Origin: a virus
Lineage: Duplodnaviria; Caudoviricetes
IMG/VR virus record: IMGVR_UViG_3300037310_000048
Coordinates: 1 to 56,994 of that record
Length of the DNA: 56,994 nt
Reading direction: 5' to 3' (one strand)
Made by a program: the position numbers and the translations under genes. Below, one piece after another: positions 47,097 through 56,303 of this stretch. Every line of letters starts with the position of its first letter. Within the stretch, counting starts at the first letter, position 1. Under the pieces are notes generated by a model that had not been told where the DNA came from, did no database searches, and saw only the letters and a program-made list of their open reading frames with translations.

Positions 47097-47161
47097 CTGT
47101 CTTTCTCCTTGTCCGGGCGGTCACACCGCCGGCAGCGAAGCAGGGTGGAAGGTGATCGGGA

Positions 47162-47536
47162 CTACGGGAGCGGCGCCCCGCCCATCTGCAGAAGGACGGT
47201 GATGATGTCCCCGTCGGCCGCCGCCGCGGTGAGGGCCACGCCCAGAACGTGCTGCGTCGTCGCCGCGGTCTGGACCTTGCCGGCCGCGGTGCACGCGACC
47301 TTCGCACCGACCGCGATCGCCGCGCCGGCCACCGCGCGCGTCACGCCGTCGTGCATGACGTCCGCGACGCCACCGGAGGCCGGGTCGTTCTGCAGGACGC
47401 CGATCGGGACGTCCGTGATCGCGTTGGTGCGCTGGACGTTGCCCGAGGACAGCTCCATGACCTTGAACTGGTGGGTGGACAGATCCTCGGCGGCCAGGAA
47501 GCTGGTGACGAGAACGGGGTGCTCACGATTCGCCAT
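47162..47536 (-). CDS. Capsid cement/decoration protein (DUF2190-like)
   Basis: IGVLQNDP...AGAAIAVGAKV...GVALTAAAADGDII. Confidence 0.78.
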   Translation of the reverse strand: MANREHPVLVTSFLAAEDLSTHQFKVMELSSGNVQRTNAITDVPIGVLQNDPASGGVADVMHDGVTRAVAGAAIAVGAKVACTAAGKVQTAATTQHVLGVALTAAAADGDIITVLLQMGGAPLP

Positions 47537-47614
47537 GTTCGATCTCCTGAGAGGTGAGGGTGAGGCAGGAGCGGGAGAGGAAGCTTGGCCGGCGCCACCT
47601 CCCGCACCGCGACG

Positions 47615-48994
47615 TTACTCGCTGGCAGCCGCCGCCTTGCGGACCGCGTTCTTGGCGAGATCCGGGTTGCGCTCCATCGCGCGGCTGTAGCCGACGTGGA
47701 AGGAGACGTTCTCCGCGGTGGCGATCGCCTTGGCCTTCGCCTCGAGCTGCCCCTCCGGCGAATCGGCGCCGCCGGTCGCCTCGGAGCCGACCACGCGCAG
47801 CAGGACGTTCGACTTCTTGATCTGCTCCGCCATCGCGCGGAGCGTGCGCTCGAGCGTCTCGCCCTCCTTCTGGTCGCGCCCATAGGCGGCCTTCAGGAGC
47901 GTGGCGACCTCGTTCACGTCGCCCGCACCGATCTCGCGCGCCTTGGCCGTGAACTCCACGGTCAGCTTCTCGTCCTTCATCTTGGCGATCGTCGCTTCCG
48001 CATCGGAGACACGCTTCGCCAGGTCGGCCTTCTCGGCGTCCGCCTTGGCGGTGGCGACCTTCTCGGCCTCGGCCTTCGCCTTGTCCGCGTCCTCCTTCGC
48101 CTTCGCGGCCTCCTCGAGCTGCGTCTTCACCGCGGCGCGGTCGGCCTCGGGGAGCGCAGCGAGGATCTCATCGACAGTCTTGGGGGCGGGGGTGCTGTTC
48201 TTCTGCGACACGTTCTCCTCCGTGGTCTTTCTGTTTGGCGTGAGGCTGTCGAGAGCCGCCGCCGCCTTGGTGATCTCCCCGCGAATGGCCGCGGGCTCTG
48301 CGGTGCACGCCTGCTTCAGCGACTCCACCACCTCGAGCGCGTGAGCCGCGAGCCCAGGTGACGCCTTCGCGATCGAGTCGATCAGGACGCCCACGGCGTC
48401 CGAGAACTCCGCGGTCGTCTTGGCGAGAAAGCCGCCCATCTGGCCGGGCTCGACGCCGGACAGGATCGACGAGATCGAATCCTGATAGGCCCACTTCAAC
48501 TCGCAGAACTCGTCTCGGAACTCGCGCTCCGCGATGATCTCCGCCGTCGTGCGGGGGGCGATCGGGTAGAGCGCACCGCCGTTCATCGGCATCGCGTACT
48601 CCTTGCGCGTCTCCTCGAGCATCGCCTTCGCCTTCCCAGCCGCCTTGTCCTTGGCGCCCTGCGGAAGCTTCGACTGAGGGATCCGGGCGAGCGCGTTCCG
48701 CAGGTGCGGGAGGTCGACCTTGCCGTCTGCGTCCTTCACCGGGAAGTGGCGCAGCGAACGCGGAGTCGTCTTGCCACCCGCGTCCTTCTTGCCACCGCCC
48801 TCGACGTGCAGGAACGAGGAGTCGGGAAGGTCGTTGACGTAGGCCGTCGTCCACGTCGCCTTCTCGGTCGGCTCCTCCTCGGAGTCGCCCGACTTCATCT
48901 TGAACAGCTTGATGTGGGCCTCGGGGTTGTCCCCGGCGTCCACGAGCGAGCCTTCATCGATCGACAGGTCGGAGAGTTGGAAGCGCGCGGTCAT
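47615..48994 (-). CDS. Scaffolding-like protein with extra N-terminal domains
   Basis: IDEGSLVDAGDNPEA; LPDSSF...HLRNALAR; long Ala/Lys/Glu coiled coil. Confidence 0.65.
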   Translation of the reverse strand: MTARFQLSDLSIDEGSLVDAGDNPEAHIKLFKMKSGDSEEEPTEKATWTTAYVNDLPDSSFLHVEGGGKKDAGGKTTPRSLRHFPVKDADGKVDLPHLRNALARIPQSKLPQGAKDKAAGKAKAMLEETRKEYAMPMNGGALYPIAPRTTAEIIAEREFRDEFCELKWAYQDSISSILSGVEPGQMGGFLAKTTAEFSDAVGVLIDSIAKASPGLAAHALEVVESLKQACTAEPAAIRGEITKAAAALDSLTPNRKTTEENVSQKNSTPAPKTVDEILAALPEADRAAVKTQLEEAAKAKEDADKAKAEAEKVATAKADAEKADLAKRVSDAEATIAKMKDEKLTVEFTAKAREIGAGDVNEVATLLKAAYGRDQKEGETLERTLRAMAEQIKKSNVLLRVVGSEATGGADSPEGQLEAKAKAIATAENVSFHVGYSRAMERNPDLAKNAVRKAAAASE

Positions 48995-49431
48995 GCGGCA
49001 CCCAGAGCGCGACGGATCGCCCGCCCGCCAAGCGAGAGCATCTTGAACTTGCCGGACTTGACGCCCTCCCAGGCGGCGTCATCGTCGATCTTGAAGCCGA
49101 CCCACGTTCCGTCAGGAACGATGCCGTCGGGGATGCCGAGCGCCTTGCGCTTCTCGGGGGTGAAGCAGATCACCTCGGCCAGCCGGCCCACCTGCTCCAC
49201 GCCGTCGACCGTGCGGCCGTGCATCTTGCCGGCTTTCCGCGAACGGAGCGCGAAGTCGTAGGTGGCCGCCTCGAGATCCTCGATCGCGATCGTCTCGCCG
49301 GAGTGATCCACAACGGGCGTGCCGTCGACCTTCCGGCAGACGTAGAGCCACCCGAAAACGAGACGCTTCTCCATGTCGACCTTGGAGATCGTCACGTCTG
49401 CGCGCCATGTTGAGACGGCCGGATCCGACAC
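48991..49431 (-). CDS. XkdF-like prohead serine protease
   Basis: KRLVFGW, VDHSGE, GKMH, WVGFKIDDDAAWEGVKSGKFKMLSLGG. Confidence 0.82.
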   Translation of the reverse strand: MSDPAVSTWRADVTISKVDMEKRLVFGWLYVCRKVDGTPVVDHSGETIAIEDLEAATYDFALRSRKAGKMHGRTVDGVEQVGRLAEVICFTPEKRKALGIPDGIVPDGTWVGFKIDDDAAWEGVKSGKFKMLSLGGRAIRRALGAA

Positions 49432-49465
49432 GTCTTGCCGTAGAGCATGAGATCGGGCGGTTTGT

Positions 49466-50353
49466 CTAGCCCTGCGAGCGCACCAGCACGACAGAGCACT
49501 TGCAGTTGGGGTGCCGGGGAGGCTTCATGACCTGTGTCCCCGTGTAGTCCGTGAAGGGCTCGTCCAGAGCAACCGGGGCGTGCGCGGCCAGGCTCACGCA
49601 CAGACGACACGGGTCCTTGGCGATCCACTTCCGCTTCATGTCCCGCGGAAGCTCACCCGACGACACCGCGATCTGCCACTCCGCGGCGCGCGCCTCGTTC
49701 ACGGCGAACTGCAACTCCGTCCTGGCGATCGTTCGCGCGCGCCGGTTCACCATCGCCTGTGCCCGACGGGCAAGCCGAGCCTCGATCGCATGGGACGGGA
49801 TCTTCATTTCGCGCAGCTCCCGCCGCATCCTGCCGATCGCCTTCGCGTCTCGAGGTAGGAGCCCCACCACGTCCCGCACAGAGCGGGCGAGCTGATCGAC
49901 CGTGAGGTTCTCTCGGATCCCCTCCGCCACCATGTCGCGGATCGCCTCGCGCACACTCGCCGACACGCGCGCCACAAGCTCGGCCGCTTGCGTCAGGGCG
50001 TAGTCGTGGGCGAGCTGATCGACGATCAGGAGCCGCGCCGCAACGTCGTCCTCGCCGAGAACTGCTCCGCCCCGAGCAGTTACCTCACGGGCGGCCTCGC
50101 GCGCCGACGCCTTCGCGCCCTGCTCGAGCGCGGCAGCGGCGGCCTCCTCGAGATCCTGAAATGCCTGTTCGATCGGGAGCGACGGCAGGACAGCCCCGAC
50201 GTCCAGCAAGGGGCTCTTGGCCGCCTGATCGACGACGACTTGCAGTAGCGCCCGGAGCGCCTCCACGCCGGCCATGAACGCTCGCTCGATCGCCTTCTCT
50301 GCCGGCCTACGCCGTCGAGCCTCCGCCGTGCGGATCTGCTCGCGCGTCGGCAC
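49466..50353 (-). CDS. Head morphogenesis protein (Mu gpF/SPP1 gp7-like)
   Basis: RARTIARTE, KRKW...CRLC, PPRHPNCKC. Confidence 0.85.
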   Translation of the reverse strand: MPTREQIRTAEARRRRPAEKAIERAFMAGVEALRALLQVVVDQAAKSPLLDVGAVLPSLPIEQAFQDLEEAAAAALEQGAKASAREAAREVTARGGAVLGEDDVAARLLIVDQLAHDYALTQAAELVARVSASVREAIRDMVAEGIRENLTVDQLARSVRDVVGLLPRDAKAIGRMRRELREMKIPSHAIEARLARRAQAMVNRRARTIARTELQFAVNEARAAEWQIAVSSGELPRDMKRKWIAKDPCRLCVSLAAHAPVALDEPFTDYTGTQVMKPPRHPNCKCSVVLVRSQG

Positions 50354-50356
50354 GGA

Positions 50357-51853
50357 TCAGCCGTCCTCACCAGGCGGGGGAACGCCCATCGCCGCCGCCA
50401 GGGCTCGCCTGACGTGCCCGGCCATTTCCGTGTCGCCGGCCGCGTTGAATTGGTTCATGGCGGCCATGAGATCGGCCGTGCTCATGCCCTCGATCATCCC
50501 GGGAGACGGAGCCGGCTTCTCCGGTGCCGGCATCGGCTCGCCCTCCTCACGCTCCGGCAGGCGCCCCTCCTTGCGAAGATAGTCCTCGAGCGTGGAATCC
50601 GGCGTGATCAGGCCACCGTCGACGAGCTTCACCAGGGCTTCGGCCAGCGGTCTAATGTCCTGCCGCTCGAGGTCGCCGTGTCGGAGCCTCGGCCACGCCT
50701 CGGGAGCATAGCCGTTGAGCTGCATCAACTCCGCGGTGGCGAAGCGGTGGAACGTCTCCTCGATCGTGTCGAGCATCGCACCAAGCGCGGTGGCGAACAG
50801 GCTCGTCATATCCGACGAGAGCGAGAAAGAGCCGACCTTCTCCATGCCCAGGAACAAGAACTGCGTCAGGAGCACCTGTGCGATCCGCTTTTCGTACCGC
50901 TCCACGGCGCCCGAAATGTCGAGCGCGCGTGAACCGCCCGACGAGAGCAGCTCGAGCTTGAAGCCCGTCGGCATGTTCTTCTCGTCCACCTCCGTAGGCA
51001 GCGTCACGCCCTCGTGCTCGTTCCGCCTGATCTGGACGAGCAGCCGCGTGTAGTCGGCCAACGCCTGCTTCTTCGCCTGCGGAGCGTTCTTGTCGAAGTA
51101 GCTCAACGGCATGTGGAGCACCGGGAGCCCCACGAGATCGCGTTCGATGCCGATCGCCTCAAGCTCTTGCAGGCGCTTCAGGAAGAACCACGAGCGATAG
51201 GCGTTCCGCAGGAGCGAGCGACCCTCCGGGTTGTTCTTGGCGATCTGCGGACGGAACAGGATCGCCTTCTCGATCGGGATGAACACGCGGATGAAGTTGG
51301 GGGCGGCCACCTGCCACATCCCCTTGACGCCGCCGTCCTCGTCGAAACTCCATCCGTCGAGCGTCTCCTGTGCGCGGATCGCGATCTTCCGCCATCCGAG
51401 CTTCCCGTCCGAGTACCTCGAGCGCGTCGACGGATCGGTGCCGGGACCACCGCGGCGCTTGTAGACCTTCTCGAAAAGCGACCACCCGAACCAGATGAAC
51501 GAGAGCACCTCGGACATGAAGTCCTGCCAGGTGTGACTCATGTCCCCGACGCACGACTCAAGGAACTCCGCGGCGTCCTCGGTCTGCGGATGGTCCTGCG
51601 TCGCGGGCTCGACGCGCCAGGGCACTTGCCGAACGAGGGAGTCGGTGACGTAGAGGGACGCTCCGATCGTGGAGTCGTTGTCCCGCATTTCTCGGAGCGC
51701 GCGGACACCCTGGCGTCCACGGAGCGCGTTGTGCCACTCCTCGAAAACGTCGGTCCCGTAGCGGACGAGGCCCGTGTAGCCGACCTCCTCAGTCGGGCGC
51801 TGCTTGGACGTCACCGCAACGATGCCGCCCTCTCCCTGTGCGTCGTCCAGCAT
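50357..51853 (-). CDS. Portal protein (DUF935/Mu gp29-like)
   Basis: GWSLFEKVY, NNPEGRSLLRNAYRSW, GIERDLVGLP, GSFSLS. Confidence 0.88.
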   Translation of the reverse strand: MLDDAQGEGGIVAVTSKQRPTEEVGYTGLVRYGTDVFEEWHNALRGRQGVRALREMRDNDSTIGASLYVTDSLVRQVPWRVEPATQDHPQTEDAAEFLESCVGDMSHTWQDFMSEVLSFIWFGWSLFEKVYKRRGGPGTDPSTRSRYSDGKLGWRKIAIRAQETLDGWSFDEDGGVKGMWQVAAPNFIRVFIPIEKAILFRPQIAKNNPEGRSLLRNAYRSWFFLKRLQELEAIGIERDLVGLPVLHMPLSYFDKNAPQAKKQALADYTRLLVQIRRNEHEGVTLPTEVDEKNMPTGFKLELLSSGGSRALDISGAVERYEKRIAQVLLTQFLFLGMEKVGSFSLSSDMTSLFATALGAMLDTIEETFHRFATAELMQLNGYAPEAWPRLRHGDLERQDIRPLAEALVKLVDGGLITPDSTLEDYLRKEGRLPEREEGEPMPAPEKPAPSPGMIEGMSTADLMAAMNQFNAAGDTEMAGHVRRALAAAMGVPPPGEDG

Positions 51854-51888
51854 GGCGGACCTCCGGCGTCTATCCTACACCGTGTCGT

Positions 51889-52098
51889 TCAGCCGTCATC
51901 CGGTGCCGGGTAGCGGCGAAGGGCACGCTCCGCCACGTTCAGAGCCACGTTCACCTTGAGCCCGAGCGAGTTGCGCACGCCGGCCGCAGCTCGGATCTCC
52001 ACCACGAGGTTCTCGAGCGCGCCCCGCACGGTGCGGAACTGCTCCTCCTGCGGATCCATTGCGTTCGGCCGGTGCGTGTTGGGCGCGTCGTCGTTCAT
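51889..52098 (-). CDS. Hypothetical protein
   Basis: ATGA overlap; MNDDAP... Confidence 0.5.
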   Translation of the reverse strand: MNDDAPNTHRPNAMDPQEEQFRTVRGALENLVVEIRAAAGVRNSLGLKVNVALNVAERALRRYPAPDDG

Positions 52099-52403
52099 GG
52101 TTCCCATCCTGCTCCGTTCACGGGCGACGCCTCGCGCCGCGCCCTCTTGTAGCTTTCTCGTCGCTCGTCGTCCGTCCAGAAGTGCACCGTCTCCGGCCCT
52201 GGATCGGGACAGAGCCCCGCCTTGCTGTGCGCCAGCGGGATCCACACGCGACCGAACCGCTCGGAGGCACGAAAGATCAGCCGGGCGATCGCCTGCGGCT
52301 CCACAGCCGAGTGCGGGAGAGTCGCTCCACAGAGCGCGCACGGCATGAGGAGCGATCCGAGGTGGCGGACAGCGTGCACCTGCCTTCCAACGTCGAGCGT
52401 CAT
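52095..52403 (-). CDS. Hypothetical protein (CxxC)
   Basis: ATGA overlap with terminase stop; GGAGG RBS. Confidence 0.5.
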   Translation of the reverse strand: MTLDVGRQVHAVRHLGSLLMPCALCGATLPHSAVEPQAIARLIFRASERFGRVWIPLAHSKAGLCPDPGPETVHFWTDDERRESYKRARREASPVNGAGWEP

Positions 52404-53908
52404 CCATCCCTCCACGGATTCCCGGTGCGAAGCGCGTCGGTGTCCACCGCAGGGATCCCACGGTCGGAGAAGCGCGCGTTCGCGTAGGCCACCGCGTCCG
52501 CCTTGTCGGGGCTGTGACCAAGGCGCACCTTCAGATCGTCCTTCGGCTCCACCGCGATCAGGCCACGGCTGTTCAGATCCCACCGCATCGCCACGAGCTG
52601 CCGATGAAGCGCCGGATCGGGCGGGAGCGCGATCGGCTCGTCCCCGTTCGGGTCGAGCGCGAGCCGGAGCTGCCAGAACATTTCGGAGCGGCGGTTGACG
52701 TAGCGGTCCCCGTCGTCCGCCCGGATGCCGCCGCGGACCTCCACGGCAAGGTCGCCGTGGATCTGCCGGAGCCGATCGAACACGCCGGCCCCGAGCCCGT
52801 CGGCGTCGATCCGCACCTCGTCCACCGCCACCCCCTGCGACCGCAGCTCCACGAGGTCCCCTTCCAGGGTGGCGACGGTCGCCATCGTGTCCTGCTTCGG
52901 CGCCGTTCGGATGGTGCGCACGCCGGCACCAGGGCGGAAGTCCACGCGCTCCGTCGAGTCGTCTCCGAGCCGCGCGACGTCCACACCAAGGCGTGACCTC
53001 CGCGGCCAGGTCTGCCCTTCCTCGATCGAGCGCCACCGCTCCACAGCCTCGTCAATCCACGGGCTCGGGATCAGCGCACGATCGGCGTCCTTCGGGAACT
53101 GCGCCATGACGCGCGCCTGCCACCGCGGATCTTCCTCGCCCCATTCGAGCCACTTCTCCCTGACCCACAGGGGAGAGACGAGCTGCGGGAAGGGGAGCGC
53201 ACCCGTCACCTTCTCGAACCACGGCCCGGAGTCGAGCCCGTCACCGCGCCTGACGTCCTCGAGCGCGACCCCGAACTTGCTGAAGTTGGGCGTGTCGAAC
53301 GCAGAGACGATGAACTTCTGCACCCCGGCGCGCTTGAACGCCGCGCCGAACGGGCCGCTGTCGTCGGTGGGGTTCCCGATCATCAACATCCGCGCGTGCC
53401 CCGATGCGATCGCGGAGTCGAGGCCCTCATAGACCGTCGGAACGACACCGGCCGCCTCGTCCACCACCACGAACACGTAGGGAGCATGGAAGCCCTGGAA
53501 CTGCGTCGCGTCGTACTCCCGAGCCGTGAAGCCCCACGCCCACCAGTCGTCGGCCATCTTAAGCATCGTCGCCGATGGAGGAAGTGAGCCCCCGAGCGGG
53601 AAGCGGGCATTCTTATAGAGCGTGCGCAGCTCGCGCCACAGGATGCCGCTCACCTGCCGGTGGCTCGAGGCGGTCGTGATCACGATCGCCCGTGGATGGT
53701 TGGCAAGGAACCAGAGCACCGCCGCCGCTGCGACCGTCGACTTGCCGATCGCGTGGCACGAGCGAACAGCCGTGATGCGGTGGTCGCGGATCGACTCGAG
53801 GATCTCGCGCTGCTTCCTCCACGGCCGGAAGCCGAGCACCGTCTCCGTCCACCAAACCGGATCGACGGAGGCGCGCTCTACAGCGTCAAGCTCGTCTGCC
53901 GAGAGCAC
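52400..53908 (-). CDS. terL: Terminase large subunit
   Basis: VRSCHAIGKS (Walker A), VVDEAAG, IGNP, LGVDVARLGDDST, IDADGLGAG, SPDKADA. Confidence 0.93.
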   Translation of the reverse strand: MLSADELDAVERASVDPVWWTETVLGFRPWRKQREILESIRDHRITAVRSCHAIGKSTVAAAAVLWFLANHPRAIVITTASSHRQVSGILWRELRTLYKNARFPLGGSLPPSATMLKMADDWWAWGFTAREYDATQFQGFHAPYVFVVVDEAAGVVPTVYEGLDSAIASGHARMLMIGNPTDDSGPFGAAFKRAGVQKFIVSAFDTPNFSKFGVALEDVRRGDGLDSGPWFEKVTGALPFPQLVSPLWVREKWLEWGEEDPRWQARVMAQFPKDADRALIPSPWIDEAVERWRSIEEGQTWPRRSRLGVDVARLGDDSTERVDFRPGAGVRTIRTAPKQDTMATVATLEGDLVELRSQGVAVDEVRIDADGLGAGVFDRLRQIHGDLAVEVRGGIRADDGDRYVNRRSEMFWQLRLALDPNGDEPIALPPDPALHRQLVAMRWDLNSRGLIAVEPKDDLKVRLGHSPDKADAVAYANARFSDRGIPAVDTDALRTGNPWRDG

Positions 53909-53910
53909 GC

Positions 53911-54156
53911 CTACTCCTCCGGTGGGCTCCAACAGGAGCAGGCAACGTCCTGCGCAACCAGGGCGTCAGCACAGGAGCCGAGCAGATGAACGCACACCGC
54001 GGACACCTGCCTGTCCCTGCTCCACCCGTCCACACATCGGCCAGCGAGATCGACAGACTCGCGGGAGATCCGAACGGCGTCGCCGCGCCACGCGAGGGTC
54101 AGGACGAGCCCCACGAGCAGCACCATTGCGCAGAGCCAACCGCCGACCTCTCTCAC
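53911..54156 (-). CDS. Small Cys-rich membrane protein
   Basis: N-terminal TM segment, six Cys, between terminase subunits. Confidence 0.5.
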   Translation of the reverse strand: MREVGGWLCAMVLLVGLVLTLAWRGDAVRISRESVDLAGRCVDGWSRDRQVSAVCVHLLGSCADALVAQDVACSCWSPPEE

Positions 54157-54701
54157 ACGTCCCCCTCGTCGCGCTTATTCTGCCGACGTGCGGCGTCAAC
54201 GATCTCGCTCCACGTCATGTTCACGCGCTGCGTCTCCTCGTGCGTCGTCTCCGGCTCGCCACGGTTCAGGCGCTCGAGGCGAAGGCCGCGCTCTGCCAGG
54301 TCGGCCGCCGTGCGAACCTCGATCGTCGGCTTCTCCTTCTCGGCCTGGGACTTCTTCGCGTACTTGCCGATCTCGGTCATCCCGAGGGCTTGGAAGGTCT
54401 GCGCCATCTTGATGTGGCGCTCCCGCATGTCGCGGATCGCCTTGAGGTCTGCTTCCCGCTTCACCCGGTCGACGTGGGCATCCCAGGCAGCTGAACGTTC
54501 GCGCCAGCGGTAGCGGTAGCTATTATTGGCGACGGTGATCCGCTTGATCCCGGTCAGCTCCGCCACCTTCGCGTGCGTGCGACTGCCCGGCCCGAGGTCA
54601 CGCCACGCCTGGAATGCGCGCCATGCGTTGTCGTTCTCGCCCGGCTGCCGCGCCCACGGCTCCCGATCGTCGGCAAACTTGGCGAAGGCGCGCTTCCCCA
54701 C
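54153..54701 (-). CDS. terS: Probable terminase small subunit
   Basis: PWARQPGE...AFQAWRDLG...RS/T...WRERSAAWD; upstream of TerL. Confidence 0.7.
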   Translation of the reverse strand: MGKRAFAKFADDREPWARQPGENDNAWRAFQAWRDLGPGSRTHAKVAELTGIKRITVANNSYRYRWRERSAAWDAHVDRVKREADLKAIRDMRERHIKMAQTFQALGMTEIGKYAKKSQAEKEKPTIEVRTAADLAERGLRLERLNRGEPETTHEETQRVNMTWSEIVDAARRQNKRDEGDV

Positions 54702-54704
54702 GGA

Positions 54705-55523
54705 CTACCTCCGGCACCATTCGAGGATGCGTTCCGCCGGGCGGTCGCCGAGCTTCTCGCGCACCAGCTTGCCCTCGGCACCCGTGAACACCACCTGCAA
54801 CTTGTAGATGGCCGCGTCCCGCTTGGCCGCGTCCTTCTCCTCCTCCGAGCGGGCCTCGGCAAGCCGCTTCTCGAGCGCGCGCTGTGCCTCGATTGCCGCC
54901 CCGGATGCCGCCGTGACCTCGGTCCCGTGGTCCCCCTGGTGAACCCTGGCCTCGGTCGAGCCCGACGCCATGACGCCATCCACCGCCGCGTTCTTGGCCG
55001 CCTCCGGCACCCACGCTTGCGAGAACTCCGCTCCGGCGAGGGCCTCGGGTGCCGACACGTCCGAGAGGAGCCGGTTCAGCTCGTCATCCGAGATCATGAG
55101 AGCGTCCGCCGCCCAATCGAGGGCGCCGAGCTTTTGCAGATCGCGGAGAACCTCGGCTTCCAGCTCGATATCGTGGGAGCCGCGCGCCCGGTTGTGCCTG
55201 ATCGTAGCGATGCGCGCCTGCGCCGCGTCCATGTCCACGCGAACGACGGGCACCTCCTTGTAGCCGAGCGCCCGTGCGGCTCGCCAACGGTGCTCGCCGT
55301 CCACGATGACGTCCCCGCGCCCGACCACGATCGGTTGCGTGAAGCCATCCTCCTCGATCGACCGAAGAAGCAGCTCGAAATCGTGCTCGCTCTGCCGGTT
55401 CGGGTTGTAGTCGTTGGCCTTCACGGCGTCGATCGGGAGGTACTCCACCGCGAGCCGCTCGAGCGCCTTCGCCTTGTTTTCGACCTTCGCCTTCCCCTTC
55501 GACCTGACGCGCTTCTCCGTCAC
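54705..55523 (-). CDS. ParB/Sulfiredoxin-domain protein (IbrB/YbdM-like); true start may be ATG 55584 across a G6 frameshift
   Basis: VKANDYNPN, SIEEDGFTQPIV, IVDGEHRW, ATIRHNRARGSH. Confidence 0.88.
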   Translation of the reverse strand: MTEKRVRSKGKAKVENKAKALERLAVEYLPIDAVKANDYNPNRQSEHDFELLLRSIEEDGFTQPIVVGRGDVIVDGEHRWRAARALGYKEVPVVRVDMDAAQARIATIRHNRARGSHDIELEAEVLRDLQKLGALDWAADALMISDDELNRLLSDVSAPEALAGAEFSQAWVPEAAKNAAVDGVMASGSTEARVHQGDHGTEVTAASGAAIEAQRALEKRLAEARSEEEKDAAKRDAAIYKLQVVFTGAEGKLVREKLGDRPAERILEWCRR

Positions 55524-55580
55524 GGTCGCGGCCGTGTCCTCGGGGGGTGAGCTTCTCGATCTTGCCGGCTTCCGTGTCGC

Positions 55581-56303
55581 TCATGTCGTCGCTCTCCTGT
55601 CGTGCACGCCAGGGATCGGCGGGCCGCGGTACATCATCCAGTTTTTCAGCGTGAACGCCTCGGGCCTGTTCAGCACCTCAGGCGCAGCACGGCCAGCGTG
55701 CCAATCCACCGGAGAACCATCCCAAAGGCGCGAAGCCGTCCTCGAGATCGGAGGGTTGTTCCCCTGGACCGACTTCACCCCGACGTGCTCGACGAGGGAC
55801 GGGTTCGTGATCCACCACGACACCCCACGCGCCACGGACCAAAGGCGCATCCGATCATCGTCGTGCGGTGCCGCAGGGTCGACGTGTGCACGCTCCCACC
55901 GCAGGAAGTCCTCCACGAGCCCGGCCGGCATGGCGAGCGCGCACCCCGTCCCGGGAGAGGGTGAGACGATCCACGAGGAACCGGAGGCTGTGGCCTTCTT
56001 GACCGAGGACCCGTGAAACGAGAAGAATGCGACCGGGTTCTCGCTGGCGACCTCGAGCACCCGAGCCACCTCGACGGCGAATCCTGCGCACAGTCGAACG
56101 TCGTCCTGAAGGACGAGGTGGTGGGAGGCCCACGACTGTCTCTGAAGCCAGGACCGACGAGCGGTGTGCCAGAGGTTCCGCCGTGTGTCCTTCACCACGG
56201 CCGGCGTGATGCCGCCCCGGCGCAGCTCGCGCACCATGTCGACGACGCACGCGCGCCGCTCCGGCACCCAATCACAGTGCATGATGGCAACGGATAGGTT
56301 CAT
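55581..56303 (-). CDS. GT-A fold glycosyltransferase-like protein
   Basis: SVAIMH...ERR, HHLVLQDDV, HDD, PSLVEHVG; ATGA overlap with upstream gene. Confidence 0.65.
   Translation of the reverse strand: MNLSVAIMHCDWVPERRACVVDMVRELRRGGITPAVVKDTRRNLWHTARRSWLQRQSWASHHLVLQDDVRLCAGFAVEVARVLEVASENPVAFFSFHGSSVKKATASGSSWIVSPSPGTGCALAMPAGLVEDFLRWERAHVDPAAPHDDDRMRLWSVARGVSWWITNPSLVEHVGVKSVQGNNPPISRTASRLWDGSPVDWHAGRAAPEVLNRPEAFTLKNWMMYRGPPIPGVHDRRATT

Noticed and set aside
54705-55523. ParB as plasmid-prophage partition system
   Set aside because: No ParA partner; RHNRARG motif and context match the IbrB/YbdM type
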